From assembly GCA_003538775.1 (NCBI GenBank), contig DPRG01000050.1:1-11415 (forward strand): 11,415 bases of DNA, in the 5' to 3' direction. The position numbers and the translations under genes are program-made. The notes under the pieces are model-generated. The model saw nothing but the letters and a program-made list of their open reading frames with translations. It did not search any database and was not told the origin of the DNA. The stretch's first letter is position 1. Each line of letters starts with the position of its first letter. Source of the stretch: Thermotogota bacterium. GTDB lineage: Bacteria > Thermotogota > Thermotogae > UBA12178. Of this stretch, positions 1 through 8,275 are shown in pieces.

Positions 1-266
1 TCGGCGCCTCGCAAGACTTAAAAACCGAGATGTGTGATGAGGATAGAAAGACGAGAGATTCCAGGGCTGTTAAGCAGATCGTTTCAATAAAGTGCTGAAA
101 CAGAGGGTTTAATCTCCAAGTGAGTCGTTTTGCGGATGCGAGAGAGGATACAAGCGAGTGCGAGATGTAAGATCGTATACGCTTTTGCAACCTATCGTTT
201 GAAAGATCGACCATACTCCTGCTTTTCGATTTTTCGAACACACACTCACACTCAGAGCAGACGGAT

Positions 267-294
267 TTGTCCAGAAAGATCTGTGTAGTATAAT
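267..294 (+). promoter_or_regulatory. Putative sigma70-type promoter of proAB (-35 TTGTCC 267-272, 16-bp spacer, -10 TATAAT 289-294)
   Basis: Hexamers read directly in the sequence. They sit ~45 nt upstream of the proA GTG, which is preceded by a GAGGAGGG RBS at 325-332. Confidence 0.4.
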
Positions 295-339
295 TCCCAA
301 AATCATCTGAGGACCATCGGAATCGAGGAGGGAAAGCCT

Positions 340-1584
340 GTGAGTGAACTTCTCGAAAAAGCGCAACGTGTGAGGGAAGCGTGGGAGATCTTGAAAACGT
401 GCCGTGCGCAGGAGAAAAACGAGGCTATACTGAAAATTGCGGAAGCATTGGATGTCGAGAGAAAAGCGATACTGGAGGCAAATCAAAGAGATGTAGAAGC
501 TGCCAAGGAACGAGGCGTGAAAGCGTCGTTGATCGACCGACTCCTTCTAAATGAGAAACGAATCGACTCCATGATCGAATCCTGCGAAGTGGTCGTGAAG
601 TTGAAAGACCCTGTTGGAGAAATCATTGACTCCTGGGTGAGAGAAGACGGTCTGAGGATCAGCAGGGTCAGAGTACCTATCGGTCCCATAGGCGTTGTTT
701 ACGAATCCAGGCCCAACGTCACAGTAGAAACCAGTGTCTTGGCCATAAAAAGCGGAAACTCCATACTGCTCAGGGGAGGTTCAGACGCTATAAACTCCAA
801 CAAAGCCATCGTTTCTGCCATGAAAAAAGCCTTGAAGGAATCGAGGATACCAGAAAGCAGTGTGGAGTTCATAGAAAGCACCGACAGGGCTCTGGTTGGA
901 GAGATGATAAAGCTTGAGGGTTATCTCTCTTTGATCGTTCCTCGGGGAGGCTACCAATTGATAAACTACGTCCGCAAAAATGCGACCGTTCCAGTGTTGG
1001 AAACGGGTGTGGGGAACTGTCACATATACGTGGACGAAAGCGCTGATTTGGAGAAGGCGATACCGGTGATCGTCAACGCCAAGGTCCAAAGGCCTGGCAC
1101 CTGCAACGCTGCCGAAAAGCTTCTGGTGCATGAGAAAATAGCCAACATTTTTCTGCCCAGAGTTGTGAAAGCACTACAAGAGCACGGAGTGGAAGTGAGA
1201 GGCTGTGAAAAAACTCAAAAGGTAGTGAATGTCAAACCCGCTACCGCCATCGATTGGGAAACGGAGTATCTGGACCTCATCATCGCGGTGAAAGTGGTGC
1301 GCGACGTGAACGAAGCCATAGAGCATGTGAAACGCTATTCCACTGGACATTCGGAGGCTATCATTACAGAGAACTACTCCAACGCACGCAAATTCGTCGA
1401 CTCTGTGGATGCCGCAGCGGTGTACGTCAACGCCTCCACACGCTTCACAGATGGTGGCCAGTTCGGGTTCGGCGCAGAGATAGGCATCAGTACGCAGAGA
1501 CTTCACGCCAGGGGACCTGTAGGATTGAGGGAGCTCACCACTTATAAGTACGTGGTTCTGGGCGACTACCATGTGAGGGGATGA
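340..1584 (+). CDS. proA: Gamma-glutamyl phosphate reductase (glutamate-5-semialdehyde dehydrogenase)
   Basis: 414-aa ORF with a GTG start 7 nt after a GAGGAGGG RBS. The translation matches the ProA family throughout (VPIGPIGVVYESRPNVT, catalytic Cys in RPGTCNAAEKLLVHE, YSTGHSEAIITEN). From memory it is very similar to T. maritima ProA. Confidence 0.95.
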   Translation: MSELLEKAQRVREAWEILKTCRAQEKNEAILKIAEALDVERKAILEANQRDVEAAKERGVKASLIDRLLLNEKRIDSMIESCEVVVKLKDPVGEIIDSWVREDGLRISRVRVPIGPIGVVYESRPNVTVETSVLAIKSGNSILLRGGSDAINSNKAIVSAMKKALKESRIPESSVEFIESTDRALVGEMIKLEGYLSLIVPRGGYQLINYVRKNATVPVLETGVGNCHIYVDESADLEKAIPVIVNAKVQRPGTCNAAEKLLVHEKIANIFLPRVVKALQEHGVEVRGCEKTQKVVNVKPATAIDWETEYLDLIIAVKVVRDVNEAIEHVKRYSTGHSEAIITENYSNARKFVDSVDAAAVYVNASTRFTDGGQFGFGAEIGISTQRLHARGPVGLRELTTYKYVVLGDYHVRG

Positions 1585-1585
1585 G

Positions 1586-2653
1586 ATGGGTAAGATCGTC
1601 GTAAAAGTCGGTAGCAACCTGTTAGTAGATGAACACCACAGCCTCAACAAAACCTACATAGCGGAACTCTGCCGGGAAGTGGCAAAACTCATATGGGAGG
1701 GTCACAAGGTTGCCATCATCACTTCAGGTGCTCGAGCAGCTGGATACGGGTATCTGAAATCAAAACTCAAAAGTCCAGATCTCTATATGAAGCAAGCTCT
1801 CTGCTCGGTGGGCCAAGTTCAGCTGATGAAGGTCTACGAAAACGCCTTCGATTTTTACGGTATAAAGATCGCACAGATACTTTTGACCAGGGATACCTTC
1901 ACCAACAGGAAAAGGTATTTGAACCTTCGCAACACCTTGATAGGCCTTTCTGAAATCGGCGCTTTGCCAGTCGTGAACGAGAACGACGCCGTGGCCGTGG
2001 AAGAGATCACTCTTGGCGACAACGATATGTTGGCAGCGATGTTTGCCATTGCGTGGAACGCAGATTATCTCGTTTTGCTCTCCACAGTGGAAGGTGTCTT
2101 AAACGATCGAGGAGAAGTGATTGAGGTCTATTCCGAAAATGTGAAACTTAAGAAATTGGGAAAGAGCTCCTGGGGAACGGGAGGTATTCGAACCAAGATC
2201 GAAGCAGCTACAAAAGCATCCACTGCTGGTGTGAGATCGTGCATCTGCAACGGAGAGAGAGTCGAAAACATCTCTCGTTTTGTTGGCGGTGAAACCGTCG
2301 GTACGGTATTCGAACCCCGAATTGACCATCTCCGAGCGAAGAAAGCATGGATAGGCCTTCTATCAGAACCTTCGGGCAGGATCTGGGTAAACGCTGGAGC
2401 TGAAGAAGCTCTCAAAGATGGGAAAAATCTTTTACCAGTAGGGGTCACAAAGGTAGAAGGAGAGTTCGATGCAGGAGATGTCGTAGAAATATTGGGCGAG
2501 AGTGGAAAGATCGTCGGCAGGGGGATAGTGAATTTCTCATCCGATGAGATGGAAAAGATCAAGGGGGTCAAGACTAATCGCTTGAAGCAGATCTTGGGCT
2601 ATGATGCCAGCAAGACCGTGATACACATAGACAACATGTGGGTGATTGGCTGA
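1586..2653 (+). CDS. proB: Glutamate 5-kinase with C-terminal PUA domain
   Basis: 355-aa ORF starting 1 nt after the proA stop (TGAgATG). It has the N-terminal VVKVGSNLL kinase motif and a C-terminal PUA-like segment (GRIWVNAGAEEAL...GDVVEI). Confidence 0.95.
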   Translation: MGKIVVKVGSNLLVDEHHSLNKTYIAELCREVAKLIWEGHKVAIITSGARAAGYGYLKSKLKSPDLYMKQALCSVGQVQLMKVYENAFDFYGIKIAQILLTRDTFTNRKRYLNLRNTLIGLSEIGALPVVNENDAVAVEEITLGDNDMLAAMFAIAWNADYLVLLSTVEGVLNDRGEVIEVYSENVKLKKLGKSSWGTGGIRTKIEAATKASTAGVRSCICNGERVENISRFVGGETVGTVFEPRIDHLRAKKAWIGLLSEPSGRIWVNAGAEEALKDGKNLLPVGVTKVEGEFDAGDVVEILGESGKIVGRGIVNFSSDEMEKIKGVKTNRLKQILGYDASKTVIHIDNMWVIG

Positions 2654-2663
2654 ACGTTAGAAA

Positions 2664-2689
2664 AACGGGTGGTTTTTGCCACCCGTTTT
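2664..2689. terminator. Bidirectional rho-independent terminator (stem 2664-2672 AACGGGTGG / 2679-2687 CCACCCGTT, loop TTTTTG)
   Basis: A perfect 9-bp GC-rich stem with an A-run on the 5' side and a T-run on the 3' side. It lies immediately after the proB stop and abuts the stop codon (2689-2691) of the convergent minus-strand small gene. Confidence 0.7.
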
Positions 2690-2883
2690 CAGTTGTTGCA
2701 CTGTATGAAATAACTTATCGACCTGTTCCATGTCGCCTCTTGATCCTTTGTGAAATAACAAGCGGGAAGTTCGCCATGAGATCTGTGGTATGCAATACAC
2801 TCGCAGCAAATACCCTTCCTCGGACATGAGGGATACGAACAGTTACATCTTTCCAGGTTTCTTTCTTGGTTTACGCAGTTCAC
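2689..2883 (-). CDS. Small Cys-rich protein (64 aa; CxC-x5-CP-x5-CCxC...H...H...C; zinc-ribbon-like / 'cysteine-rich small domain'-like)
   Basis: GTG start at 2883 preceded by a GGAGGTGA RBS 7 nt upstream. Eight Cys and two His in 64 aa. It ends at the bidirectional terminator and is co-oriented with the upstream VIT1 gene. Confidence 0.55.
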   Translation of the reverse strand: MNCVNQERNLERCNCSYPSCPRKGICCECIAYHRSHGELPACYFTKDQEATWNRSISYFIQCNN

Positions 2884-2974
2884 ACTCTCACCTCCATTTG
2901 CGTTTATTATTGCACATCCAGAACAGTACCGAAGCAGTCTTTGATAACCTAACGATCAGGAATGTATGATGAAA

Positions 2975-3808
2975 TCATATCTCTATGTGGAAAAACCGCT
3001 TCACGAAAAGTCCTATGAAGAACGAAGCTGCGGCAACACCCATGCTTATGATGAACATCTCCAAGAAGTTCTTCTTGAATTCTTGATTTTTGACGACCGA
3101 TACGAAGAAAGTAAACACGGATATGACGAGAACGGCGTTTATCGCCGTCACAGTCAGTGCAACGAAGGGATTGGCAAAGATCAGGTAAGGGAAGGTCAAG
3201 ATTAGAACGGTGAAGATGTAAGCGATACCCGTATAAAGCGCAGATTTTAAGGGGTTCTTCTCGTTGCTCTCCGATTTCCTCGCCAAGTAATCCGATGCGG
3301 CCATCGATAAAGCTGCGGCTATACCGGTGATAATACCTGACAGAGCAACAATTGGAGTTTTCTGAATGGCAAGGGTTAGCCCAGCAAGAGCTCCTGTCAG
3401 CTCGACAAGCGCATCGTTCAATCCAAGAACCATTGAGCCTATATACTCGAGTCTTTCCTCGTTTAACAATCCGAGTAGCGTTTTTTCGTGCTCTTTCTCA
3501 TCTTCCATGATCTCTTTCAACAGCTCGTCATTTGATATTCCGTAAGCCATTTGAGCTCTATCTTCGTTTCTTTCCATGAGCTTCAAAGAGAAAGTTATTC
3601 CCAACAGTTTGGCAAGGACGAGATAGAAATATACCTTCAGCCCACTCGGCTTAACCTCTCTCCCAGTTTTATTTTTGAGCCTGTGATAATGGTCCAATTC
3701 GTCCGATGCTATCTTTCGAAGAATCTCCGAGTTGTTTGGATCCATCTTAGCAAGCTTGGTGTAAACAACATATTCTGTTATCTCGTTCTTTTGGAATTTG
3801 AGTAGCAT
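2975..3808 (-). CDS. VIT1/CCC1-family Fe/Mn transporter with N-terminal ferritin-like (rubrerythrin-like) domain
   Basis: 277-aa ORF with ATG at 3808 and an AAGGAGGT RBS 6 nt upstream. The N-terminal ~150 aa has di-iron-type ExxH signatures (SDELDHYHRL, EDEKEHEKTL). The C-terminal half is hydrophobic with about four TM segments, as in the CCC1/VIT1 family. Confidence 0.85.
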   Translation of the reverse strand: MLLKFQKNEITEYVVYTKLAKMDPNNSEILRKIASDELDHYHRLKNKTGREVKPSGLKVYFYLVLAKLLGITFSLKLMERNEDRAQMAYGISNDELLKEIMEDEKEHEKTLLGLLNEERLEYIGSMVLGLNDALVELTGALAGLTLAIQKTPIVALSGIITGIAAALSMAASDYLARKSESNEKNPLKSALYTGIAYIFTVLILTFPYLIFANPFVALTVTAINAVLVISVFTFFVSVVKNQEFKKNFLEMFIISMGVAAASFFIGLFVKRFFHIEI

Positions 3809-3898
3809 CGAGAAACCTCCTTGGAAGGGTTACCGTATTATACCAGTGTAGTGTTATAATTATTCTGAATCAAAAAATCGTTCTGGAGGTGCTATTAA
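3809..3898. promoter_or_regulatory. Divergent promoter region between VIT1-like gene (-) and EncFtn gene (+)
   Basis: Plus-strand extended -10 TGTTATAAT (3852-3860). Minus-strand TATAAT (complement of 3837-3842). RBSs are present for both flanking genes. An AT-rich palindrome ATAATTAT (3857-3864) overlaps the + strand -10. Confidence 0.4.
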
Positions 3899-4240
3899 AT
3901 GCCAGAGTTTGTCAATCCGTTCAGTGGGAAGGTTCCTGAAAGGAAACTCACTCTTTCTGAATTGATCAGGGCCATAAGGCTCAACATCGCGGCAGAGCAT
4001 GAAGCGGTTCATCTCTACATGGCACATGCAGAAGCGACGGATCATCCGCTGGCTAAGAAGGTACTCATCGACATTGCGAACGAGGAGAGGGTCCATATCG
4101 GTGAATTCACGAAGCTTCTGGAAATACTGACTAAAGACGAGGCCAAGTACATGGCCGAAGGAGCAAAAGAAGTGGAGGAGATGATGGAGTCTGAATCGGG
4201 TGAAGAACCGACGATTGGTTCGATGAAAGAAGGTGAGTGA
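3899..4240 (+). CDS. Encapsulin-associated ferritin-like protein (EncFtn/Flp) cargo with C-terminal targeting peptide
   Basis: 113-aa ORF with a GGAGGTG RBS 7 nt upstream. It carries the EncFtn-type metal-binding motifs (AAEHEAVHLY, NEERVHIGEF). The acidic linker ends in TIGSMKEGE, which resembles GSL-type encapsulin cargo-loading peptides. The stop codon overlaps the start of the encapsulin fragment. Confidence 0.8.
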   Translation: MPEFVNPFSGKVPERKLTLSELIRAIRLNIAAEHEAVHLYMAHAEATDHPLAKKVLIDIANEERVHIGEFTKLLEILTKDEAKYMAEGAKEVEEMMESESGEEPTIGSMKEGE

Positions 4241-4497
4241 TGATGCCGAACAAATTTTTAATGCGTGAGGGCGCACCCTTCAGTCAGGAATTCTGGCAAC
4301 TGCTCGATGAAACTGTGATGAACGTTGCCAGAGCCCAGCTCACGGGGAGGAAGATCGTTTCAGTTAAAGGTCCCTTTGGCCTCGGTTTAAAACACATCTC
4401 TCTTGGGGAATACGACAGTGGAAGAGTGATGTCCGATCACGCTGGTGACAAGGAGAAGACCTTGTACTCATACCCCGATATTTCTATTTCTAGCTGA
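4237..4497 (+). pseudogene. 5' remnant of a family-1 (HK97-fold) encapsulin shell gene, truncated
   Basis: The first ~60 codons (about 4240-4420) align with the N-terminus of T. maritima encapsulin as I recall it (FLxRxxAPxxxxxWQxxD...QLxGRKxVxVxGPxG......LGE). After that the frame reads into the antisense strand of the convergent GH13 gene and stops at 4495-4497. No room is left for the ~200 further codons an encapsulin needs. Confidence 0.6.
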
Positions 4498-5840
4498 GCT
4501 TCATTCTCATCTATGATAAACGGCTTTGCGTTGCCAACAAGGTCCACGGCTTTCCTATACTTGGGGTTCAGTTTCTCAATGTCGATCCTTGCGATGTCCC
4601 CTTTATCCGAGTTGTTGAGCACTATCATGATCGCCTGGTCTTCCGACTCTCTTATGTAGCAATAAACGCCGTTGTGGGAGTACAAACTCTGGAATCTTCC
4701 CTTTCTCAACGCAGGATGCCTCTTTCTCAGTCTAATCATAATCTTGTAAAGCTGCAGGAGTTCTCTATTTTGGCGCTTCTCATCCCATATGAAAGGTCTT
4801 CGACAATCTGGGTCTCCATCACCCTCCATTCCGATTTCATCACCATAATAGATAACAGGAGCACCGACATATGTCATCAAGAAAACTATCGCTAATTTCA
4901 TCCGCCTCACATCGCCTTTACAAAGCGAAAGAAACCGAGGTTTATCGTGACTTCCTAAAAGGTTGAACATGGCATAGTTCGCCCATTTGGGATAACTTCC
5001 TCGTAAAAAACGGATCCTACCGTCGAATTCCCGTGCATCGCACTCGCTTTTTGCGAAGAAATCGATTAAGCTTTCCCATAGCTTGTAATTCATAACCGCG
5101 TCTAAACAGTCCCCCTTGAACCACGATGAAGCTATTCCCATCACTTCTCCAACTACATAAGCATCGCTTTTTGTTTCTTTGGCGACCCGCCTTATGTCTT
5201 TCACGAAACTCGGTTCTAAGTACTCGGTGGTGTCGAGTCGCCACCCATCGATATCCGCTTCTTCTATCCAATATCTGACAACTCTCAGCAAATACTTGCG
5301 CGTTTCGGGATTATTCGTGTTGAATTCGGGCATGTTGGGGATCCCACCCCAACACATGTAATTGGGTTCAGGTTCTCTCACAATGGGGAAATCTTCGATC
5401 ACGAACCAGTCCCGGTATTTGGAGCGTTCACCCTTTTCCAATACGTCCTGGAAAGCGAAAAAGCGCTCGCCGCAATGATTGAACACGCCATCCAGTATTA
5501 TCTTCATGCCGCGTTTGTGAAGTTCCTTCACTAACTCTTTCAACACTTCCTTGCTACCGAATTGGGGATCTATTTCGAAGTAGTCTTCCGTATCGTACTT
5601 GTGGTTAGAGGGTGCTTTGAATATGGGATTTAGATAAAGCGCATTCACGCCCAGTTCTTCCAGATAATCCAACTTCTCCATGATCCCCACGAGATCGCCA
5701 CCGAAAAAATTGTGAGCCGTAGGTTTGTCACCCCATTCGGCAACATCGGCTGGGTCGTTGTTTCTATCACCGTTGTAGAAACGATCAGGAAAGATCTGAT
5801 AGAATATCGCATCTTTAACCCAATCTGGTGGTTTCATCAT
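4437..5840 (-). CDS. GH13 alpha-amylase-family hydrolase (cyclomaltodextrinase/neopullulanase-like, no signal peptide)
   Basis: All four GH13 conserved regions are present (ILDGVFNHCG, DGWRLDTTEYL, VVGEVMG, NLLGSHDKPR). The preferred start is ATG at 5840, which has a GGAGGTGGAG RBS upstream and forms an ATGA overlap with the malG-like stop. The 504-aa track ORF starting at 5951 is an upstream in-frame extension. Confidence 0.9.
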   Translation of the reverse strand: MMKPPDWVKDAIFYQIFPDRFYNGDRNNDPADVAEWGDKPTAHNFFGGDLVGIMEKLDYLEELGVNALYLNPIFKAPSNHKYDTEDYFEIDPQFGSKEVLKELVKELHKRGMKIILDGVFNHCGERFFAFQDVLEKGERSKYRDWFVIEDFPIVREPEPNYMCWGGIPNMPEFNTNNPETRKYLLRVVRYWIEEADIDGWRLDTTEYLEPSFVKDIRRVAKETKSDAYVVGEVMGIASSWFKGDCLDAVMNYKLWESLIDFFAKSECDAREFDGRIRFLRGSYPKWANYAMFNLLGSHDKPRFLSLCKGDVRRMKLAIVFLMTYVGAPVIYYGDEIGMEGDGDPDCRRPFIWDEKRQNRELLQLYKIMIRLRKRHPALRKGRFQSLYSHNGVYCYIRESEDQAIMIVLNNSDKGDIARIDIEKLNPKYRKAVDLVGNAKPFIIDENEAQLEIEISGYEYKVFSLSPA

Positions 5841-6748
5841 CCTTTCACTCCACCTCCAGTCAAACCAGAAATGATTTGATCTTGCAAGCTGAAGAAGATC
5901 ACGAGCACGGGTAACGAACCCAAAATCGCGGCAGCGGCAAACGTTCCCCAATGACGAGCATAATCCGTAGTAATAAAGAAATTCAGTCCTACCGCAAGGG
6001 TGTACTTTTTCGTACCTGTCAAGATAACGCTCGCAAGAAGGTACTCAGAATAATTTCCTATAAACGTGAGGATGAATATCACAGTCAGTATGGGGCGAGC
6101 CAAGGGTAAGATGATCTTCACAAACGCTTGGAAGCGCGTAGCTCCATCTATCAGAGCTGCTTCTTCAAGATCGTGGGGTATGGTGTCGAAATAGCCTTTC
6201 ATCAGCCACGTGTTAAAACCGAGGGCGCTACCAAGGTATACGAGTATCAACCCGGCGTGTGTGTTCAAACCCATGAAGGGAACGTATTTCCCGATCCAAA
6301 GGAGTAGGAGATAAAGTGCGACGAATGCCAGCATGACTGGAAACATTTGAACCAAAAGTAATGTCAAAAGCAAGGTTCTTCTCCCTCGGAAATGGAAACG
6401 AGAGAACGCGTAAGATGCCAAGGCGCATAAGAAAACTGCTATCGAAGAAGCGATTGCAGAAACCTTAAGACTGTTCCACAACCACAACATGAACGGGTAG
6501 CGATCATCGGTGAAAAGTACTTTGTAGTGTTCGAGTGTGGGATGCTTGGGAATCAGTTCTTGACCATACAATGTACCCCCTGGATTGATGGAAGCCGAAA
6601 AAATCCAAACGACAGGGAAGAACGCGAATGCGATTGCCGCAAATATGATCATATGCTGTATAACCTTTTTGAAAATCAGTGTTTTTTTCTTCAATTCCTT
6701 CCCTCCTACTCGCATGAGCTCGATAGATCCGCTTTTATAGAGACTCAC
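5837..6748 (-). CDS. malG: ABC sugar transporter permease, MalG-like
   Basis: Polytopic membrane protein with the EAA loop EEAALIDGATRFQAFVKIILPLARP. The start could be GTG at 6748 (overlapping the malF-like stop) or ATG at 6715. It ends in an ATGA overlap with the GH13 gene. Confidence 0.88.
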   Translation of the reverse strand: MSLYKSGSIELMRVGGKELKKKTLIFKKVIQHMIIFAAIAFAFFPVVWIFSASINPGGTLYGQELIPKHPTLEHYKVLFTDDRYPFMLWLWNSLKVSAIASSIAVFLCALASYAFSRFHFRGRRTLLLTLLLVQMFPVMLAFVALYLLLLWIGKYVPFMGLNTHAGLILVYLGSALGFNTWLMKGYFDTIPHDLEEAALIDGATRFQAFVKIILPLARPILTVIFILTFIGNYSEYLLASVILTGTKKYTLAVGLNFFITTDYARHWGTFAAAAILGSLPVLVIFFSLQDQIISGLTGGGVKG

Positions 6749-8267
6749 TCATCTCTTCCAACCGCTTGGTAAAACGGAAGTTTGCAGCACTTATCGAACC
6801 GATTATTAGAAATATGATGACAGAGATTGCCGCAGCGTAACCATATTGAGCTCCTGCACCACCAAATGCCAGCTTATAAGTGTAGGAAATCAGTATGTCC
6901 GTTGCACCTGCGGGGGTTTGTGATCCCGGAATAGGAGGTCCCCCACCTGTGAGCAGATATATTACCGTGAAGTTGTTGAAGTTGAACGCAAAACTTCCGA
7001 TCAAAAGGGGTGCTAAGGAGATCATCAACAGTGGAAGCGTAATGGAACGAAATCTTTGCCAACTACTTGCTCCGTCCACTCGCGCTGCTTCATAGAGTTC
7101 TGGTGAAATGCTTTGCAACGCTCCCAACGATATGAGCATCATGTAGGGAAAACCAAGCCATAAATTGACGATGAGCAAGGCAACCTTAGCCCAAAAAGGA
7201 TCTTGAAACCAGCTTATTCTTGTGGATAGGAGTTTTTGAAGGATGTCATTTATGACGCCAAAGTTCGTGTTGAAAAGCCCGCGCCAAATCAGGACAGAGA
7301 TATAACCTGGGATAACGTAAGGCACGATCAAGAGTGTTCGATACAGATACCTGAACCTCAGAGTGCTGTCGTTCAACAAGATCGCCAGTGTCAGTCCAAG
7401 AACAAATGTGGTGAAAACCGACAGTAGCGCCCACAAAAAGGTCCATGTGAAGACACGAAGGAAAGGGCCCGAAATTTGTGGGTTTCGAAGGATATCTATA
7501 AAGTTTTTGAAGCCGACATAGGCTCTGAAGCCAGGCGAAAGTTTCTCGCCGTCTGACGACACAAACGTTCCATTTACTGGTCTGTAAACCTTCCCGGTCT
7601 TGAGATTAATGAGTACATCGCTTTTCTCGTCGTAGCGGTACAGTGGTTTAAAAACTCGGAATTCATCGATGGAGTAAAACTTAACGATACCGTCGTTGTA
7701 CTTGAATGCCAGGTTTTGAACCTCGTTGAGATTTTGTATGATTTGTACTTTGCTCATCCTTTGATAACCATCAATCTCTACGATTTCACCATCTTGATAT
7801 ACGAATAATGGATCGTGCACATCTGCAAGTTTCAAATGATCACCTACTGATAAATAAGCTTTATTCGTTTTTCTGGAGACGAGCAGAACTCGCATATCTC
7901 CTTCCGCATTTTTGAAAATCAGGTACGAAAAACGTTCACCGTTTTCGGGCTGAAAATACTCATTCGTGAACTGGGAAATTACTTGAGACTTGGAGAGAAT
8001 GTTGCCTGTTCCGTAGTTCATAAAAGATATATTGATGTTGTATATGATCGGATAAACAACCATTAACCCAAATAACACCAATCCCGGTAGCAGATACCGC
8101 AAAGGATAGGCTTTCCTTAAAAGCAAGGCAGCGTTAAGTCCCACCAATCCAAAGATCAATACGAACAAAAGGCCCCAACCCTTTGCTTGATAAAGACCAA
8201 CGCAAGCCCATATACCTAAGGCGTCCACCGCACTTAAAACTATAATCTTCAAAAGGATAGCTATCAT
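6735..8267 (-). CDS. malF: ABC sugar transporter permease, MalF-like (large periplasmic P2 loop)
   Basis: 510 aa with an EAA motif (YEAARVDGASSWQRFRSITLPL). A ~200-aa hydrophilic insertion after TM3 is typical of the MalF subfamily. Confidence 0.88.
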   Translation of the reverse strand: MIAILLKIIVLSAVDALGIWACVGLYQAKGWGLLFVLIFGLVGLNAALLLRKAYPLRYLLPGLVLFGLMVVYPIIYNINISFMNYGTGNILSKSQVISQFTNEYFQPENGERFSYLIFKNAEGDMRVLLVSRKTNKAYLSVGDHLKLADVHDPLFVYQDGEIVEIDGYQRMSKVQIIQNLNEVQNLAFKYNDGIVKFYSIDEFRVFKPLYRYDEKSDVLINLKTGKVYRPVNGTFVSSDGEKLSPGFRAYVGFKNFIDILRNPQISGPFLRVFTWTFLWALLSVFTTFVLGLTLAILLNDSTLRFRYLYRTLLIVPYVIPGYISVLIWRGLFNTNFGVINDILQKLLSTRISWFQDPFWAKVALLIVNLWLGFPYMMLISLGALQSISPELYEAARVDGASSWQRFRSITLPLLMISLAPLLIGSFAFNFNNFTVIYLLTGGGPPIPGSQTPAGATDILISYTYKLAFGGAGAQYGYAAAISVIIFLIIGSISAANFRFTKRLEEMSESL

Positions 8268-8275
8268 GATTCAAG

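Noticed and set aside
136-288. 50-aa + strand ORF (MRERIQASARCK...) in the proA leader
   Set aside because: There is no Shine-Dalgarno sequence. The highly basic, low-complexity product overlaps the putative proA promoter, so it is probably non-coding.
109-486. 125-aa minus-strand ORF overlapping the proA promoter and start
   Set aside because: It has no RBS, is antisense to a well-supported gene start, and its low-complexity translation has no recognisable domain.
1254-1547. 97-aa + strand ORF in an alternative frame inside proA, and similar internal ORFs (1693-1953, 1855-2049, 2099-2329, 2128-2571)
   Set aside because: They are embedded in or antisense to proA/proB, which have clear family-wide homology. 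Their Arg/Ser-rich translations are typical of out-of-frame artefacts.
2638-2829. 63-aa + strand ORF spanning the terminator
   Set aside because: It runs through the terminator hairpin and is antisense to the better-supported Cys-rich gene, which has an RBS.
2966-3205. 79-aa + strand ORF, plus 3551-3805 (+) and 3860-4276 (-)
   Set aside because: They are antisense to the VIT1-like and EncFtn genes, which have strong RBSs and domain signatures.
3855-3873. Possible Fur box in the divergent iron-gene promoter (TTATAATTATTCTGAAT)
   Set aside because: Only a weak match to the GATAATGATAATCATTATC consensus. An AT-rich -10 region explains it. It is kept only as a note under the iron-island finding.
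4674-5361. Small ORFs inside or antisense to the GH13 gene (4674-4895, 5017-5271, 5179-5361)
   Set aside because: Alternative-frame artefacts within a gene that has all four GH13 conserved regions.
5841-5951. N-terminal 37-codon extension of the GH13 ORF (MGNVCRCRDFG...)
   Set aside because: The extension overlaps the malG-like coding region and has no RBS. The internal ATG at 5840 has a GGAGG RBS and an ATGA coupling overlap.
6228-7446. Small ORFs within permease genes (6228-6428, 6527-6772, 6874-7062, 6895-7095, 7236-7427, 7246-7446)
   Set aside because: They overlap well-supported membrane-protein CDSs. There is no independent evidence for them.
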